Source: an uncultured Verrucomicrobiota bacterium (lineage in GTDB: Bacteria > Verrucomicrobiota > Verrucomicrobiia > Limisphaerales > MWDV01). From it: a stretch of 64,000 nt of DNA. Below the pieces are notes generated by a model. It was not told where the DNA came from. It did not search any database and saw only the letters and a list, made by a program, of their open reading frames with translations. The translations under genes and the position numbers were made by a program. Below, piece after piece: positions 55,864 through 64,000 of this stretch (the first letter of the stretch is position 1; each line of letters begins with the position of its first letter). The stretch spans positions 23,826 through 87,825 of the forward strand of contig CAZJTM010000001.1 in the NCBI GenBank assembly GCA_964548925.1. Direction: 5' to 3'.

Positions 55864-58179
55864 ATGAGCAGCCCAAGTTGTTGCGAGATGCCTGCGCCAC
55901 CCGCCGCGCCCTCCGGCGTGACCGAACTGGCCGTCGCCGGTTTGAACTGCAACAACTGCGCCCGCAAAGTCACGAACGCGCTCCAGGCCGTGGCCGGGGT
56001 TCACAGCGTTTCCGTCAACCTCGAAACCCGCCGCGCCACCATCCGCTGGGGCGCGACGGCTACCGCCGACACGAGCGCGCTGCTGGCCGCGCTCAAAGCT
56101 GCGGGCTACGAGGCGAAAGCCTTGGCCCCCGCAGCGCCCCACACCCGCGCGACTCGCCAGCGCGACTGGCATTGGAATCTCTGGCTCGGTGCCGCCGTCA
56201 CCGTGCCATTGATGTTGGGCGAATGGGTCTTGGGCGTGGGCCTGGAGCAATGGTTTCAATGGCTCTCCTTCGCGCTGGCGGGCGCGGTGCAGGTGTTTGC
56301 CGGCGCGCAGTTCTATCGTGGCGCGTGGCGGCAACTCAAGGTCGGCAGCTCCAGCATGGACACGCTTGTCGCGCTCGGCTCGACGACCGCTTTCGGCTAC
56401 AGCACTTGGGCGTTGCTCAGCGGACACGCCGGACATGTTTATTTCATGGAGGCGGCGGCGATCATTACGCTCATCAGCGTGGGCCACTGGCTCGAGGCCC
56501 GCGTGAGCGCCCGCGCCTCCGCCGCGCTGACGGCCCTTCTGCAACTCGCTCCGCAAACGGCGCGAAGGCTCCTGGAAAGCGGCGGCGAAGCGGAAGTTCC
56601 CGTCGCTTCACTCCACGCCGGCGACCGCGTGGCGCTCCGCCCCGGCGACCGCGTGCCCGTGGACGGCATTGTGGAAGAAGGCGACTCCGCCGTGGACGAA
56701 GCCATGCTCACCGGCGAATCCGCGCCCGTGGACAAGCAACCCGGCAGCGAGCTTTACGCGGGCACCGTGAATTTGAACGGCCGCCTCGTCATGCGCGTGA
56801 CGGCCACCGGCGAAGCCACGGCCCTCGCCCAAATCATCGCCGCCGTGCAGCGCGCCCAAACCAGCCGGGCGGACATCCAACGCCTCGGCGATCGCGTGAG
56901 CAACGTGTTCGTGCCCGTCGTGGTGGTGCTCGCCCTGGCGGCGGGTTTGGCGTGGGGCTTGGCGCCGGAGTCAGCGCGGCAAGTGCATGGCTGGCTGACG
57001 CCGTGGTTGTGGCCGGCGCATCTGCCGGAAGCCGGGCTGGCGGCGGCGTTCATCATCGCGGCGTCGGTCCTCATCATTGCCTGCCCGTGCGCGATGGGGC
57101 TGGCCACGCCCGCCGCAATCATGGCCAGCGCCAACGCCGCGGCAGCGCGCGGCATCCTGATCCGCGATGGCGTGGCGCTGGAAAAGGCCGGGCAAGTGAC
57201 TGCGCTAGTTTTCGACAAGACGGGGACGCTCACGTTCGGGAAACCGGAAGTCGTGAAAGTTTGGGATTCAGGCTCCGGAATCCAGAATCCAGCATCGCTT
57301 GCTGCGGCGCTGGCGCGGCATTCGACGCATCCGGTCAGTCAGGCTGTAGCCACGTCTCAGCAAAGCGCGGAACCAGATAGCCGCGTTCTCACGAACGCGG
57401 CTACGGTGACGGACTGGCAAGAAGTGCGCGGGGCGGGAGTCGAGGGAAACATCGAACACCGAACATCGAACGCTGACCTCCAAACGGGCAAAGCGCGACT
57501 GGGCTCGCTGCGCTGGCTGCAGGAGTCCGGCGTCGAACTCGCGCTGGGGGAGCGTTTCATGGCGGAATGGACGGCGCAGGGCGCGACAGTCGTCGGCCTG
57601 GCACTTGAGACGGAACTGCTGGCGTTGTTCGCCGTGCGGGACGCTGTCAAACCCGGAGCGGCCGCAGTCGTTCGCCAGTTGCAGGAGCAAGGTTTGGGCG
57701 TTCACCTGTTGACTGGCGACAACACGCGCACCGCCGCGAGCCTCGCGCAACAGGTGGGCATCTCTCCGGCGAATGTTTTCGCCGAAGTTCGGCCCGAGCA
57801 GAAGGCGGAGTTTGTGAAGAAGCTCCAGATGCGCGGCGAGCGGGTGGCCTTTGTGGGTGACGGCATCAATGACGCGCCGGCGCTCACGCAGGCGGACCTG
57901 GGCATCGCCGTGAGCCGGGCCAGCGACGTGGCGCGCGAGGCGGCGGACATCATCCTGTTGAAGTCGGAAATCGAAGCCGTGCCGGAGGCGCTGGGGTTGG
58001 CGCGCGCGACGCTGCGGACGATCAAGCAAAACCTGTTTTGGGCGTTCTTCTACAACGCACTGGGCGTGCCGCTGGCGGCGTTAGGGTTCATGAGCCCGGT
58101 CCTGTGCGCGGCGGCGATGGGCGTTTCCGATCTGGTGGTCATCGGCAACGCGCTGCGCCTGCGGCGGTGGCGGGGTTGA
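55864..58179 (+). CDS. copA: Heavy-metal (Cu+/Ag+-type) translocating P1B-type ATPase
   Basis: HMA domain with a CNNC (CxxC) site, TM CPC motif IIACPCAMGLATP, DKTGTLT phosphorylation site, and GDGINDAPAL hinge. Confidence 0.92.
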   Translation: MSSPSCCEMPAPPAAPSGVTELAVAGLNCNNCARKVTNALQAVAGVHSVSVNLETRRATIRWGATATADTSALLAALKAAGYEAKALAPAAPHTRATRQRDWHWNLWLGAAVTVPLMLGEWVLGVGLEQWFQWLSFALAGAVQVFAGAQFYRGAWRQLKVGSSSMDTLVALGSTTAFGYSTWALLSGHAGHVYFMEAAAIITLISVGHWLEARVSARASAALTALLQLAPQTARRLLESGGEAEVPVASLHAGDRVALRPGDRVPVDGIVEEGDSAVDEAMLTGESAPVDKQPGSELYAGTVNLNGRLVMRVTATGEATALAQIIAAVQRAQTSRADIQRLGDRVSNVFVPVVVVLALAAGLAWGLAPESARQVHGWLTPWLWPAHLPEAGLAAAFIIAASVLIIACPCAMGLATPAAIMASANAAAARGILIRDGVALEKAGQVTALVFDKTGTLTFGKPEVVKVWDSGSGIQNPASLAAALARHSTHPVSQAVATSQQSAEPDSRVLTNAATVTDWQEVRGAGVEGNIEHRTSNADLQTGKARLGSLRWLQESGVELALGERFMAEWTAQGATVVGLALETELLALFAVRDAVKPGAAAVVRQLQEQGLGVHLLTGDNTRTAASLAQQVGISPANVFAEVRPEQKAEFVKKLQMRGERVAFVGDGINDAPALTQADLGIAVSRASDVAREAADIILLKSEIEAVPEALGLARATLRTIKQNLFWAFFYNALGVPLAALGFMSPVLCAAAMGVSDLVVIGNALRLRRWRG
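57263..57297. repeat. Loose heptanucleotide array ((G/A)GAATCC type) inside copA
   Basis: gggattc|aggctcc|ggaatcc|agaatcc|agcatcg. Translated as WDSGSGIQNPAS. Confidence 0.6.
57451..57471. repeat. Heptanucleotide tandem array (3 x A(T/C)CGAAC) inside copA
   Basis: atcgaac|accgaac|atcgaac. Translated as IEHRTSN. Confidence 0.75.
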
Positions 58180-58200
58180 GATTCCGCAGAGTCCCGGAAC

Positions 58201-58767
58201 TCAGGAATTCGGGGCCGGGACGGGGGCAGGCGGCGGAACGAGCGGCGGCACGCTTTCGCCTTGAGCGGCTGGGCGGCGGCCTTCGCGTTTCTCTCGACCG
58301 GCGGGCGGGGCGTCTTCCGCGCGGCGCGGCTGCTGGCGTTTCATCAACTCCTCGAAGCGTTTTCGCTGCTGGGGTGTCAGCTCTTCACGGATTTTCTCCC
58401 GGACCTCGGTGAGTTCCTTGCGCATTTCCGGGCCGACCTGTTCCCAGAGCTTGCGAGTGCGCTCCTGGCTTTCGCGGACGAGACGCTCGATGCGCTGGCG
58501 CTGCTCGGGTGAGAGTTTGAGTTCCCTCGTGGCGTTCAGGAGGAATTCCATCCGGCGCTGTTCGAAACTGGTTTGGAGTTCGCCCTCGGGCCGGCGGGGG
58601 AACTCGCGGAGCGGGGGCGTCCACTGCGGGGGCTGTGCGGCGGCCATGTGCGCGCGAAGCTGCCGGAGTTTCACGCGCTCGGAGTGACTGACCAACAACC
58701 CTCCGGTCAATACGCCCGCGCCGAAGATGACGACCGTGGCCAAAATGATCTTCCAGGCGTTTACCAT
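58201..58767 (-). CDS. Periplasmic CpxP/Spy-like (LTXXQ-motif) protein, N-terminally anchored
   Basis: TM/signal anchor WKIILATVVIFGAGVLTGGLLV and helical repeats with LSPEQRQRIERL and LTPQQRKRFEEL (LTXXQ-type). Its start overlaps the upstream anti-sigma stop by 7 nt. Confidence 0.65.
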   Translation of the reverse strand: MVNAWKIILATVVIFGAGVLTGGLLVSHSERVKLRQLRAHMAAAQPPQWTPPLREFPRRPEGELQTSFEQRRMEFLLNATRELKLSPEQRQRIERLVRESQERTRKLWEQVGPEMRKELTEVREKIREELTPQQRKRFEELMKRQQPRRAEDAPPAGREKREGRRPAAQGESVPPLVPPPAPVPAPNS

Positions 58768-59069
58768 GAATCGTCGGGGTACTGATCCACGGCGGCGAAC
58801 ACCGTGTTCTCGAACTGCTGCGAAAGTTCATCCTCGCCACCATTCGAGGCCGGGCTGAGCAGCGTCCACGCGCCGAGCAGCACGCACAAGGAGGCGCAGG
58901 AAGCCGCGGCCCGCCACAACCCGCCAACCCACCCGGCCGCCAGGTCCGTGACCGGCCGGCCGGTGATCCGCGCGAGGATGCGTTTCTCGAAGGCATACGG
59001 AACGGCGTCGTCCGGCGGATGAGCGCGGGCGGCGGCCAGCAGCTTTTGTTGCAGGTTGTCCAAGTTCAT
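58761..59069 (-). CDS. Small membrane protein, probable anti-sigma factor
   Basis: 102 aa with a single TM helix (LWRAAASCASLCVLLGAWTLL). It lies immediately downstream of the ECF sigma gene. The call rests on position and architecture only. Confidence 0.5.
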   Translation of the reverse strand: MNLDNLQQKLLAAARAHPPDDAVPYAFEKRILARITGRPVTDLAAGWVGGLWRAAASCASLCVLLGAWTLLSPASNGGEDELSQQFENTVFAAVDQYPDDSW

Positions 59070-59107
59070 GACTCGCTCCAGTATGGACGGCTCGGTGCCA
59101 AACGGGG

Positions 59108-59683
59108 TTACAGGTACTTGTCTTTGGCCATCCGGGCAAGCAGCTTGCGCATCTCGGCGCGGGCCCGGAAAGCGCGCACCTTGACCAGCGGCACGGACCA
59201 GCCGGTCAGTTCGGAAATTTCTTTCACCGAGCGATCCTCGATTTCCAGCAAGGTGATGATGAGCCGGGCGGGCGGCGAAAGCTGGGCCAGGAGGCGGTCA
59301 ATGAGTTGTTTGGCGGCGGCGGCGTGTTCGCTGGTGGATTCGGGCGCAACCGCGAACCGCTCCAGCCAGTCGTTCTCCGGCTCGGTCAGGTCGGTGAAGG
59401 TGGCTTCGCGGTTGCGTTGGTGGGCGCGCAGGAAATCGTAGCATGTCCGCACCGTCATCCGCATGAGCCAATGCTCGAAGGGCGCGTCGCCCCGGTAGCT
59501 GCCGAGCTTCTGGAAGGCCTTGAGCCAGACTTCCTGCGCGATGTCTTCGACCTCGTCTTCGCGGCGGGCGTACCGCCGGGCAGTGGCGAAGACCCGCGGC
59601 GAATACTTCTGGATCAATGCCTCGAACCGGCTCGTCTCGCCCCGCAACACTGCGGCGATGATTTCCGCTTCGTCGTGATCCAT
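59108..59683 (-). CDS. ECF-type RNA polymerase sigma factor
   Basis: Region 2 EDIAQEVWLKAFQKLGSYRGDAPFEHWLMRMTVRTCYDFLR and region 4 LLEIEDRSVKEISELTGWSVPLVKVRAFRARAEMRK. Confidence 0.88.
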   Translation of the reverse strand: MDHDEAEIIAAVLRGETSRFEALIQKYSPRVFATARRYARREDEVEDIAQEVWLKAFQKLGSYRGDAPFEHWLMRMTVRTCYDFLRAHQRNREATFTDLTEPENDWLERFAVAPESTSEHAAAAKQLIDRLLAQLSPPARLIITLLEIEDRSVKEISELTGWSVPLVKVRAFRARAEMRKLLARMAKDKYL

Positions 59684-59753
59684 CGTGCGGAATCTGGCAG
59701 AGGGCTAATTCAGACTAAAGGCAAAAGACACCAGAGTGCTGCCACCAACGTGC

Positions 59754-59826
59754 TGCGGGCATCCTGCCCGCAAAGCCATCTTCCCGTTTGGGGAAGATGA
59801 GTGATCTTCCGGCGAGACGCCGGAAG
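59754..59826. repeat. Family-B cluster of three mini-hairpins, intergenic (between the ECF sigma gene and hisF)
   Basis: tgcgggca/tgcccgca (59754-59772), catcttccc/gggaagatg (59777-59799) and cttccggcg/cgccggaag (59806-59826). Same three-hairpin layout as 8681-8792. Confidence 0.8.
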
Positions 59827-59888
59827 CACGCTTCTGGGTGGCCCTTCCGCTATTGCCTCCACGCCGGCAAAGCCGTTGAATACTCCTG

Positions 59889-60662
59889 ATGCTGGCCAAA
59901 CGTGTCATTCCGTGTCTGGACGTTCACGACGGCAAGGTCACCCGCGGCATGCAATTCGGACGCGCCGAAGCGGGCGAACTGCGCAATGTGGGCGATCCGG
60001 TCGAACTCGCCCTCCGCTACAACGAGCAGGGCGCGGACGAGATGGTGTTCTTCGACATCACCGCCAGCGCGCACGGTCGCGCCACGATGGTGGACGTGAT
60101 CGAGCGCGCGGCGGATCAATGCTTCATGCCGCTGACCGTCGGCGGCGGCATCAAGTCTGTGGACGACATGTACACGATGCTCCGGGCCGGTGCGGACAAA
60201 GTGAGCATCAACTCCTCGGCGCTGGCCAACCCGGACCTCATCCGGGCGGGCGCGGAGAAATTTGGCAGCCAGTGCATCGTCGTCTCGATTGACGCCAAGA
60301 AGACCGGACCGGACCAATGGGGCGTGTTCTCGCACGGCGGACGCAAGCCGACGGGGTTGGACGCCGTAAAGTGGGCCAAACGCGCCGTGGCGCTGGGCGC
60401 GGGCGAGATCGTGCTGAACAGCATTGATGCCGACGGGACGAAAGCCGGCTTTGATCTCGTCATCACGCGGCGCATCAGCGAATCGGTGGGCGTGCCGGTG
60501 GTGGCCAGCGGCGGCGCGGGCAATCTCCAGCACATGGCCGACGTGCTCCTCGAAGGCAAGGCCGACGCCGTCCTCGCCGCGAGCATTTTCCATTTCGGCA
60601 CCTACACGGTCGGCGAGGTGAAGCGGTTTTTGGCGGGCAAGGGAATTGCCGTGCGGCTCTGA
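59889..60662 (+). CDS. hisF: Imidazole glycerol phosphate synthase, cyclase subunit
   Basis: [20 protein letters not shown]...PLTVGGGI...[12 protein letters not shown] is canonical HisF. Confidence 0.95.
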   Translation: MLAKRVIPCLDVHDGKVTRGMQFGRAEAGELRNVGDPVELALRYNEQGADEMVFFDITASAHGRATMVDVIERAADQCFMPLTVGGGIKSVDDMYTMLRAGADKVSINSSALANPDLIRAGAEKFGSQCIVVSIDAKKTGPDQWGVFSHGGRKPTGLDAVKWAKRAVALGAGEIVLNSIDADGTKAGFDLVITRRISESVGVPVVASGGAGNLQHMADVLLEGKADAVLAASIFHFGTYTVGEVKRFLAGKGIAVRL

Positions 60663-60861
60663 GGGCGGCTCTGAAGCCATAGAAGAGAAGAAGATCAAAT
60701 CGGCGCTGGCCGTCATTTTGGGCGGGGGCATCGCCGCGGATTGGGACGAGGTGCGGCGGGTTGCGGGCCTCCCGGAGTATCGTAATCTGTCCGAGTGTGA
60801 GAAGCTGGTGAAGGAAGTTGCCGATGAACTCGAAATCAAGAGTCCCCTGCATTCCGATTAA
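60646..60861 (+). CDS. Hypothetical 71-aa protein (uncertain)
   Basis: TTG-initiated ORF overlapping the hisF 3' end by 17 nt. The peptide ([50 protein letters not shown]) looks protein-like, but there is no ATG/GTG near the start and no motif. Confidence 0.25.
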   Translation: MPCGSEGGSEAIEEKKIKSALAVILGGGIAADWDEVRRVAGLPEYRNLSECEKLVKEVADELEIKSPLHSD

Positions 60862-61387
60862 CGGCTCGATCAGTTGGGAAGACTGGTTGAAGGGCCGGCG
60901 GTTTCGCCGCGAAATGGGCGACCGGGTCGCCCCCCGGCATCATCCGGCGCGCAAGCAGTTCCAGCGATCGGCGGCTGAAGAAGCTTTTCAAGGGCGAGCG
61001 TGGCTTGCCGTTCACGCCGACCGAGAAGCTTTGAGAGCGACGCCGGATGCCCGTGAACCGCGGCTTTGTTGTGGTGGAAGTCGGGGCTGCGAGGCGGCTC
61101 TTGCGGTCGCAGCGCGCCTCGGGACGGCCCATCCCGAGCGCACCCGTTCCGGTCCATTGCGGAACAGGCAGGGGATTTCCCTTGGGGAATTGTTCGGTAG
61201 TTGGCGATCTTGTGCGCCCGCGTCGGGCCTGTTACAAGACACAGGTTTGCATTGACCGGCAGTGGCGAGGAGCGTTAACTGACTGCGGGATGGAAGCAGG
61301 GAAAGATCACTTTCGGCCTGAGCGGGTCGGGCCTGACAGATGGTGGGCGTGACCACGGCCACCGAGGCGCGGTGTGTGTTTTGAGGG

Positions 61388-63445
61388 ATGAAAACAGTTC
61401 TAGTGTTGGCTGGGCACCCGGATTCAGCGGAGGCAATCCGCTCGGCGTTGAATCCTGAACAGTTTCGTGTCGTCCACCGGACTTCCTTGGACGAAGCCGA
61501 ACCGCTGCTCGCGCATGGGTTGGTGGAGTTCTGCGTTCTGGACGTGGAACTCAGCGGCGTGCAGGGTTTGTGGGCGGTTGAGAAACTCCGCCGGCGCGCG
61601 CCCAAATGCCCGGTGCTCGTGCTGACCGACTCGCGGCAGACCGAGTGGGAAGAGGAAGCCTATTTGCAGGGCGTCGCCCAGGTGGTGACCAAACCGGTGC
61701 GCCCGCGCATGTTTCAAGTGGTGGTGGACCGCCTGCTCAACGCGTCCGCGCCCGCAACCCCGGAAACCGCCGCCTACGTCTCCAGCACCGAGTTCCTGTC
61801 CTTGCCTCCCACCAAACGGTCCGGGGCGGACGCAGAACCGTCACCACCCCCCACACTGGCCCAGAATTTCGAGGTCCTCCGGAAGTTCTCCGGTATCCTC
61901 ACGCACTCGCTCCATGCGGAAGGGATGCTGCGGCAGTTTCTCCTGCTCATGCGCGAGATGTTCAGCGTGAACCGCGGGGTCATCTTTCTGCGGCAGCCGG
62001 TTTCCGCATTCTCGGAGAGCCACGCCTCCGACGAAGGCCGGCGGTTGCGCGCGGTGTGTTCCGTCGGCATGGCGACGGGTTTGCTGGAGCATTTTGAGTT
62101 GTCGCTCGACGCCGGGACCGGGGCGCAGCTCTTCCGGTTGGGCCGGATTCTGCGGCGCACCAGCGACGAAGTCCTCCGCGATCCGGAGGCGCAGAAGGAG
62201 TTTGAGTTGCTTGGCGTGCAGGTGGCGGTGCCGATTCTGGACCGCGAGAAGATCCTGGGCGTGGCCTTGTTCGATGGGCGCGTCACCGGCGAGCAGTTGG
62301 TGAACGCCGAATTGGAACTGATCTTCCACTTGCTGGAGCAACTCGGTTTGGCGGTGCGCAACATCTGGCTGCACGACCAACTGGCGGGCAACCACGAGAT
62401 GATGGCGGAGATTCTCCGCGAATTGAGCAGCGCCTGCGTTGTGGTCGGACGTGACCTCACGATCCTGCACGCCAACAAGGCGGCGCGGCGATTCTTCAGC
62501 GGCGCGGAGCATCGCAGCGGCGAAATGGAATTCAGCGACCTCCCGCAACTGCTCGGCAGCAAGGTGTACCAGGTGTTGAAGACCGGCGCGGCGGTGCCCA
62601 CCTTCAAGTACGAACCAGACACGCCGGCCAAGTCTGTTTACTACGTCTCGGTCGTGCCGTTTCACGGGCGCACGTCGGGGCTGCCGGCTTCGGCGCTGCT
62701 GATGGCCGAGGACCGGACGCAGGCCGAACAGCTTCAGCAACTGGAAATCGAAACCGCGAACCTGCGCCTGGTCCGCACGATGGCCGACCGCATGGCGCAC
62801 GAGATTGGCAACGCCCTCGTCCCGCTCTCCACCCACCAACAGTTGCTTGCCGACAATTACAAGGACGCCGACTTCCGTGCGTCCCTCAGCGAGGCGCTCG
62901 CTGAAGGGGTGAAGCGGGTTTCGCGGCTCATCAACCAGATGCGTTTTCTGGCCCGCGACGCCGTGGTGTCGCCCGAAGCCGTGCCGCTGGCGAAGCTCGT
63001 CGAGGAAGCCTATCAAGAGGCGCAACGGTATCATCCCGCCAAGGCCAGCCAGTTGTGCTACGAGGACTCCGGCCGGCCGATCATCGTCAGCGGCGACCGC
63101 GCCGCGCTGAAACACGCGCTCACCGAGGTCATGATCAACGCCCTCCAGGCGAATCCAAAGGACCCGAAGATCGGCGTGCGGCTATGTGGTGAATCGAGCA
63201 GCAACGGCAAGGCCGCGTTTCAGATCGAGGTGCAGGACAATGGCAGCGGCTTCACCGCCGAAGCGGCGCAAAAGGCCTCCGCGCCCTTCTTCACCACCCG
63301 CAACGTGGGCTTGGGGTTGGGGCTGGCCGTCACGCGCAAAATCCTTGAAACCCATCAGGGCAAACTGGAAATCGTCTCCTCCTCCACCGCGAAGGCCGGC
63401 TTGGTGCGCATCTCGTTGCCCTCCGCCGCGTCCCCGGAGAGTTGA
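61388..63445 (+). CDS. Sensor histidine kinase with an N-terminal atypical receiver-like domain, GAF/PAS-like middle, HisKA and HATPase_c
   Basis: H-box MADRMAHEIGNALVPL, N-box LTEVMINALQAN, G1 VQDNGSGF, and G2 GLGLGLAVTRKILE. The N-terminus VLVLAGHPDS...CVLDVEL...VLVLTD...VVTKPV is a receiver fold whose acidic pair is replaced. ATG 61388 has a GAGGG SD. Confidence 0.88.
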   Translation: MKTVLVLAGHPDSAEAIRSALNPEQFRVVHRTSLDEAEPLLAHGLVEFCVLDVELSGVQGLWAVEKLRRRAPKCPVLVLTDSRQTEWEEEAYLQGVAQVVTKPVRPRMFQVVVDRLLNASAPATPETAAYVSSTEFLSLPPTKRSGADAEPSPPPTLAQNFEVLRKFSGILTHSLHAEGMLRQFLLLMREMFSVNRGVIFLRQPVSAFSESHASDEGRRLRAVCSVGMATGLLEHFELSLDAGTGAQLFRLGRILRRTSDEVLRDPEAQKEFELLGVQVAVPILDREKILGVALFDGRVTGEQLVNAELELIFHLLEQLGLAVRNIWLHDQLAGNHEMMAEILRELSSACVVVGRDLTILHANKAARRFFSGAEHRSGEMEFSDLPQLLGSKVYQVLKTGAAVPTFKYEPDTPAKSVYYVSVVPFHGRTSGLPASALLMAEDRTQAEQLQQLEIETANLRLVRTMADRMAHEIGNALVPLSTHQQLLADNYKDADFRASLSEALAEGVKRVSRLINQMRFLARDAVVSPEAVPLAKLVEEAYQEAQRYHPAKASQLCYEDSGRPIIVSGDRAALKHALTEVMINALQANPKDPKIGVRLCGESSSNGKAAFQIEVQDNGSGFTAEAAQKASAPFFTTRNVGLGLGLAVTRKILETHQGKLEIVSSSTAKAGLVRISLPSAASPES

Positions 63446-63553
63446 GGCGGCAACCTCCGCGCGCCGTGATGGACGCGAGTCCCACGCCCCCGATCGCGGT
63501 CACCGGGACGGCAGTCCGGTTGATGGAGCGCTGCGACGACGTGCTTATCGAGC

Positions 63554-63611
63554 ATCCAATCCCTGAGCGCACAGGAATCGCTCCGGGATTCAAGGCGTTC
63601 CGGGATTGGAT
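63554..63611. repeat. Imperfect palindrome rich in GGAATC/GGGATT words, intergenic
   Basis: Outer stem atccaatccc (63554-63563) / gggattggat (63602-63611) with inner stem gagcg..cgctc. Related in word content to the heptamer arrays. Confidence 0.5.
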
Positions 63612-63686
63612 TGAAATCATCCTTGGACGCTTCAAATCCCCGGTCGGGCTGCCGAGGTTCGTGAGAAGGGATACACACCGGGGCGC

Positions 63687-64000
63687 ATGATCGCGAGCCC
63701 CCCCACCAACCCGATCCCGAACGCCCCGGACGCCGCAGGCTCTGCACGGGCGATGGAACTGCGGCGCCAAAGATGGCGGTGGCAGATCTTCGCCATCACG
63801 TGGCTGGCGTACGCGGGCTTTTACCTCACGCGCAAGTCCTTTGCCGTCGCGAAAATCGAAATGGGGGCCAGTTCAGGTCCGGGGCTGGCGCTGGACCAGA
63901 TGGCTTGGATGGACGGCGCGTTCCTGACCGCGTATGCCGTGGGCCAGTTTTTGAGCGGCATGTGCGGCGATTGGTTCGGGCCGCGTCGGGTGATTCTGGC
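63687..64000 (+). CDS. MFS transporter (GlpT/UhpC-like organophosphate:phosphate antiporter type), 5' part; runs off the window end
   Basis: ...RWQIFAITWLAYAGFYLTRKSFAVAKIEM...LTAYAVGQFLSGMCGDWFGPRRV resembles the first two TM helices and the GxxxDRxGxR-like loop of the sugar-phosphate antiporter family. The start may instead be the downstream Met (MELRRQ...). Confidence 0.7.
   Translation, partial: MIASPPTNPIPNAPDAAGSARAMELRRQRWRWQIFAITWLAYAGFYLTRKSFAVAKIEMGASSGPGLALDQMAWMDGAFLTAYAVGQFLSGMCGDWFGPRRVIL

Noticed and set aside
63442-63690. 82-aa ORF between the histidine kinase and MFS genes
   Set aside because: It starts at TTG overlapping the kinase stop. Much of it is translated from a palindromic GGAATC/GGGATT-rich repeat region. 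No motif and no SD. Probably intergenic.

Overview
GC-rich bacterial chromosomal segment. Gene content and repeat style suggest the PVC superphylum, probably Verrucomicrobiota-like, but this is inference only because no database search was possible. I call about 46 protein genes and see no rRNA, tRNA, CRISPR array, transposase or integrase.

Genes, left to right:
- Hexapeptide transferase (partial), cysteine desulfurase and dnaN.
- A minus-strand block: a 2082-aa alpha-2-macroglobulin with an intact CTEQ thioester motif, followed by TonB-like, ExbB and ExbD genes.
- CheY-like regulator, ubiE, an epimerase and amidase pair, and an RluA pseudouridine synthase fused to an RlmI-like methyltransferase.
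- CPBP protease, GspB-like and ExeA-like genes, YdeI, a DUF11 protein, a PilB/GspE ATPase and a TPR/T2SSE_N protein.
- RNase D, a lipoprotein, a PQQ-like propeller and a Prc-type protease.
- Ribosomal block rpsL-rpsG-fusA-rpsJ-rplC-rplD-rplW, which has no tuf and stops after rplW.
- A Ser/Thr kinase-AAA fusion divergent from an ECF sigma factor, then an anti-sigma/VWA protein (1308 aa), a tandem GxxExxY cassette, a 2186-aa internally duplicated envelope protein and a tricorn-like protease.
- copA convergent with an ECF sigma, anti-sigma and LTXXQ-protein operon; then hisF, a sensor histidine kinase and a partial MFS transporter.

The main unexplained signal is a dense set of short palindromic (REP/RPE-like) hairpin elements in at least five sequence families, plus 7-nt tandem arrays.
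- Several of these lie inside long open reading frames without breaking them: three in the alpha-2-macroglobulin gene, one just before the SAM motif of the methyltransferase, and one in the giant protein. Heptamer arrays lie in ubiE, copA, the amidase gene and the giant gene.
- One hairpin family brackets each unit of the GxxExxY nuclease-fold cassette in inverted orientation. This resembles the REP/RAYT arrangement.

My two leading candidates for an undescribed system are this GxxExxY-hairpin pairing and the kinase / ECF sigma / anti-sigma-VWA / giant protein / tricorn cluster. All functional names come from motif recognition in the translated ORFs, not from searches.
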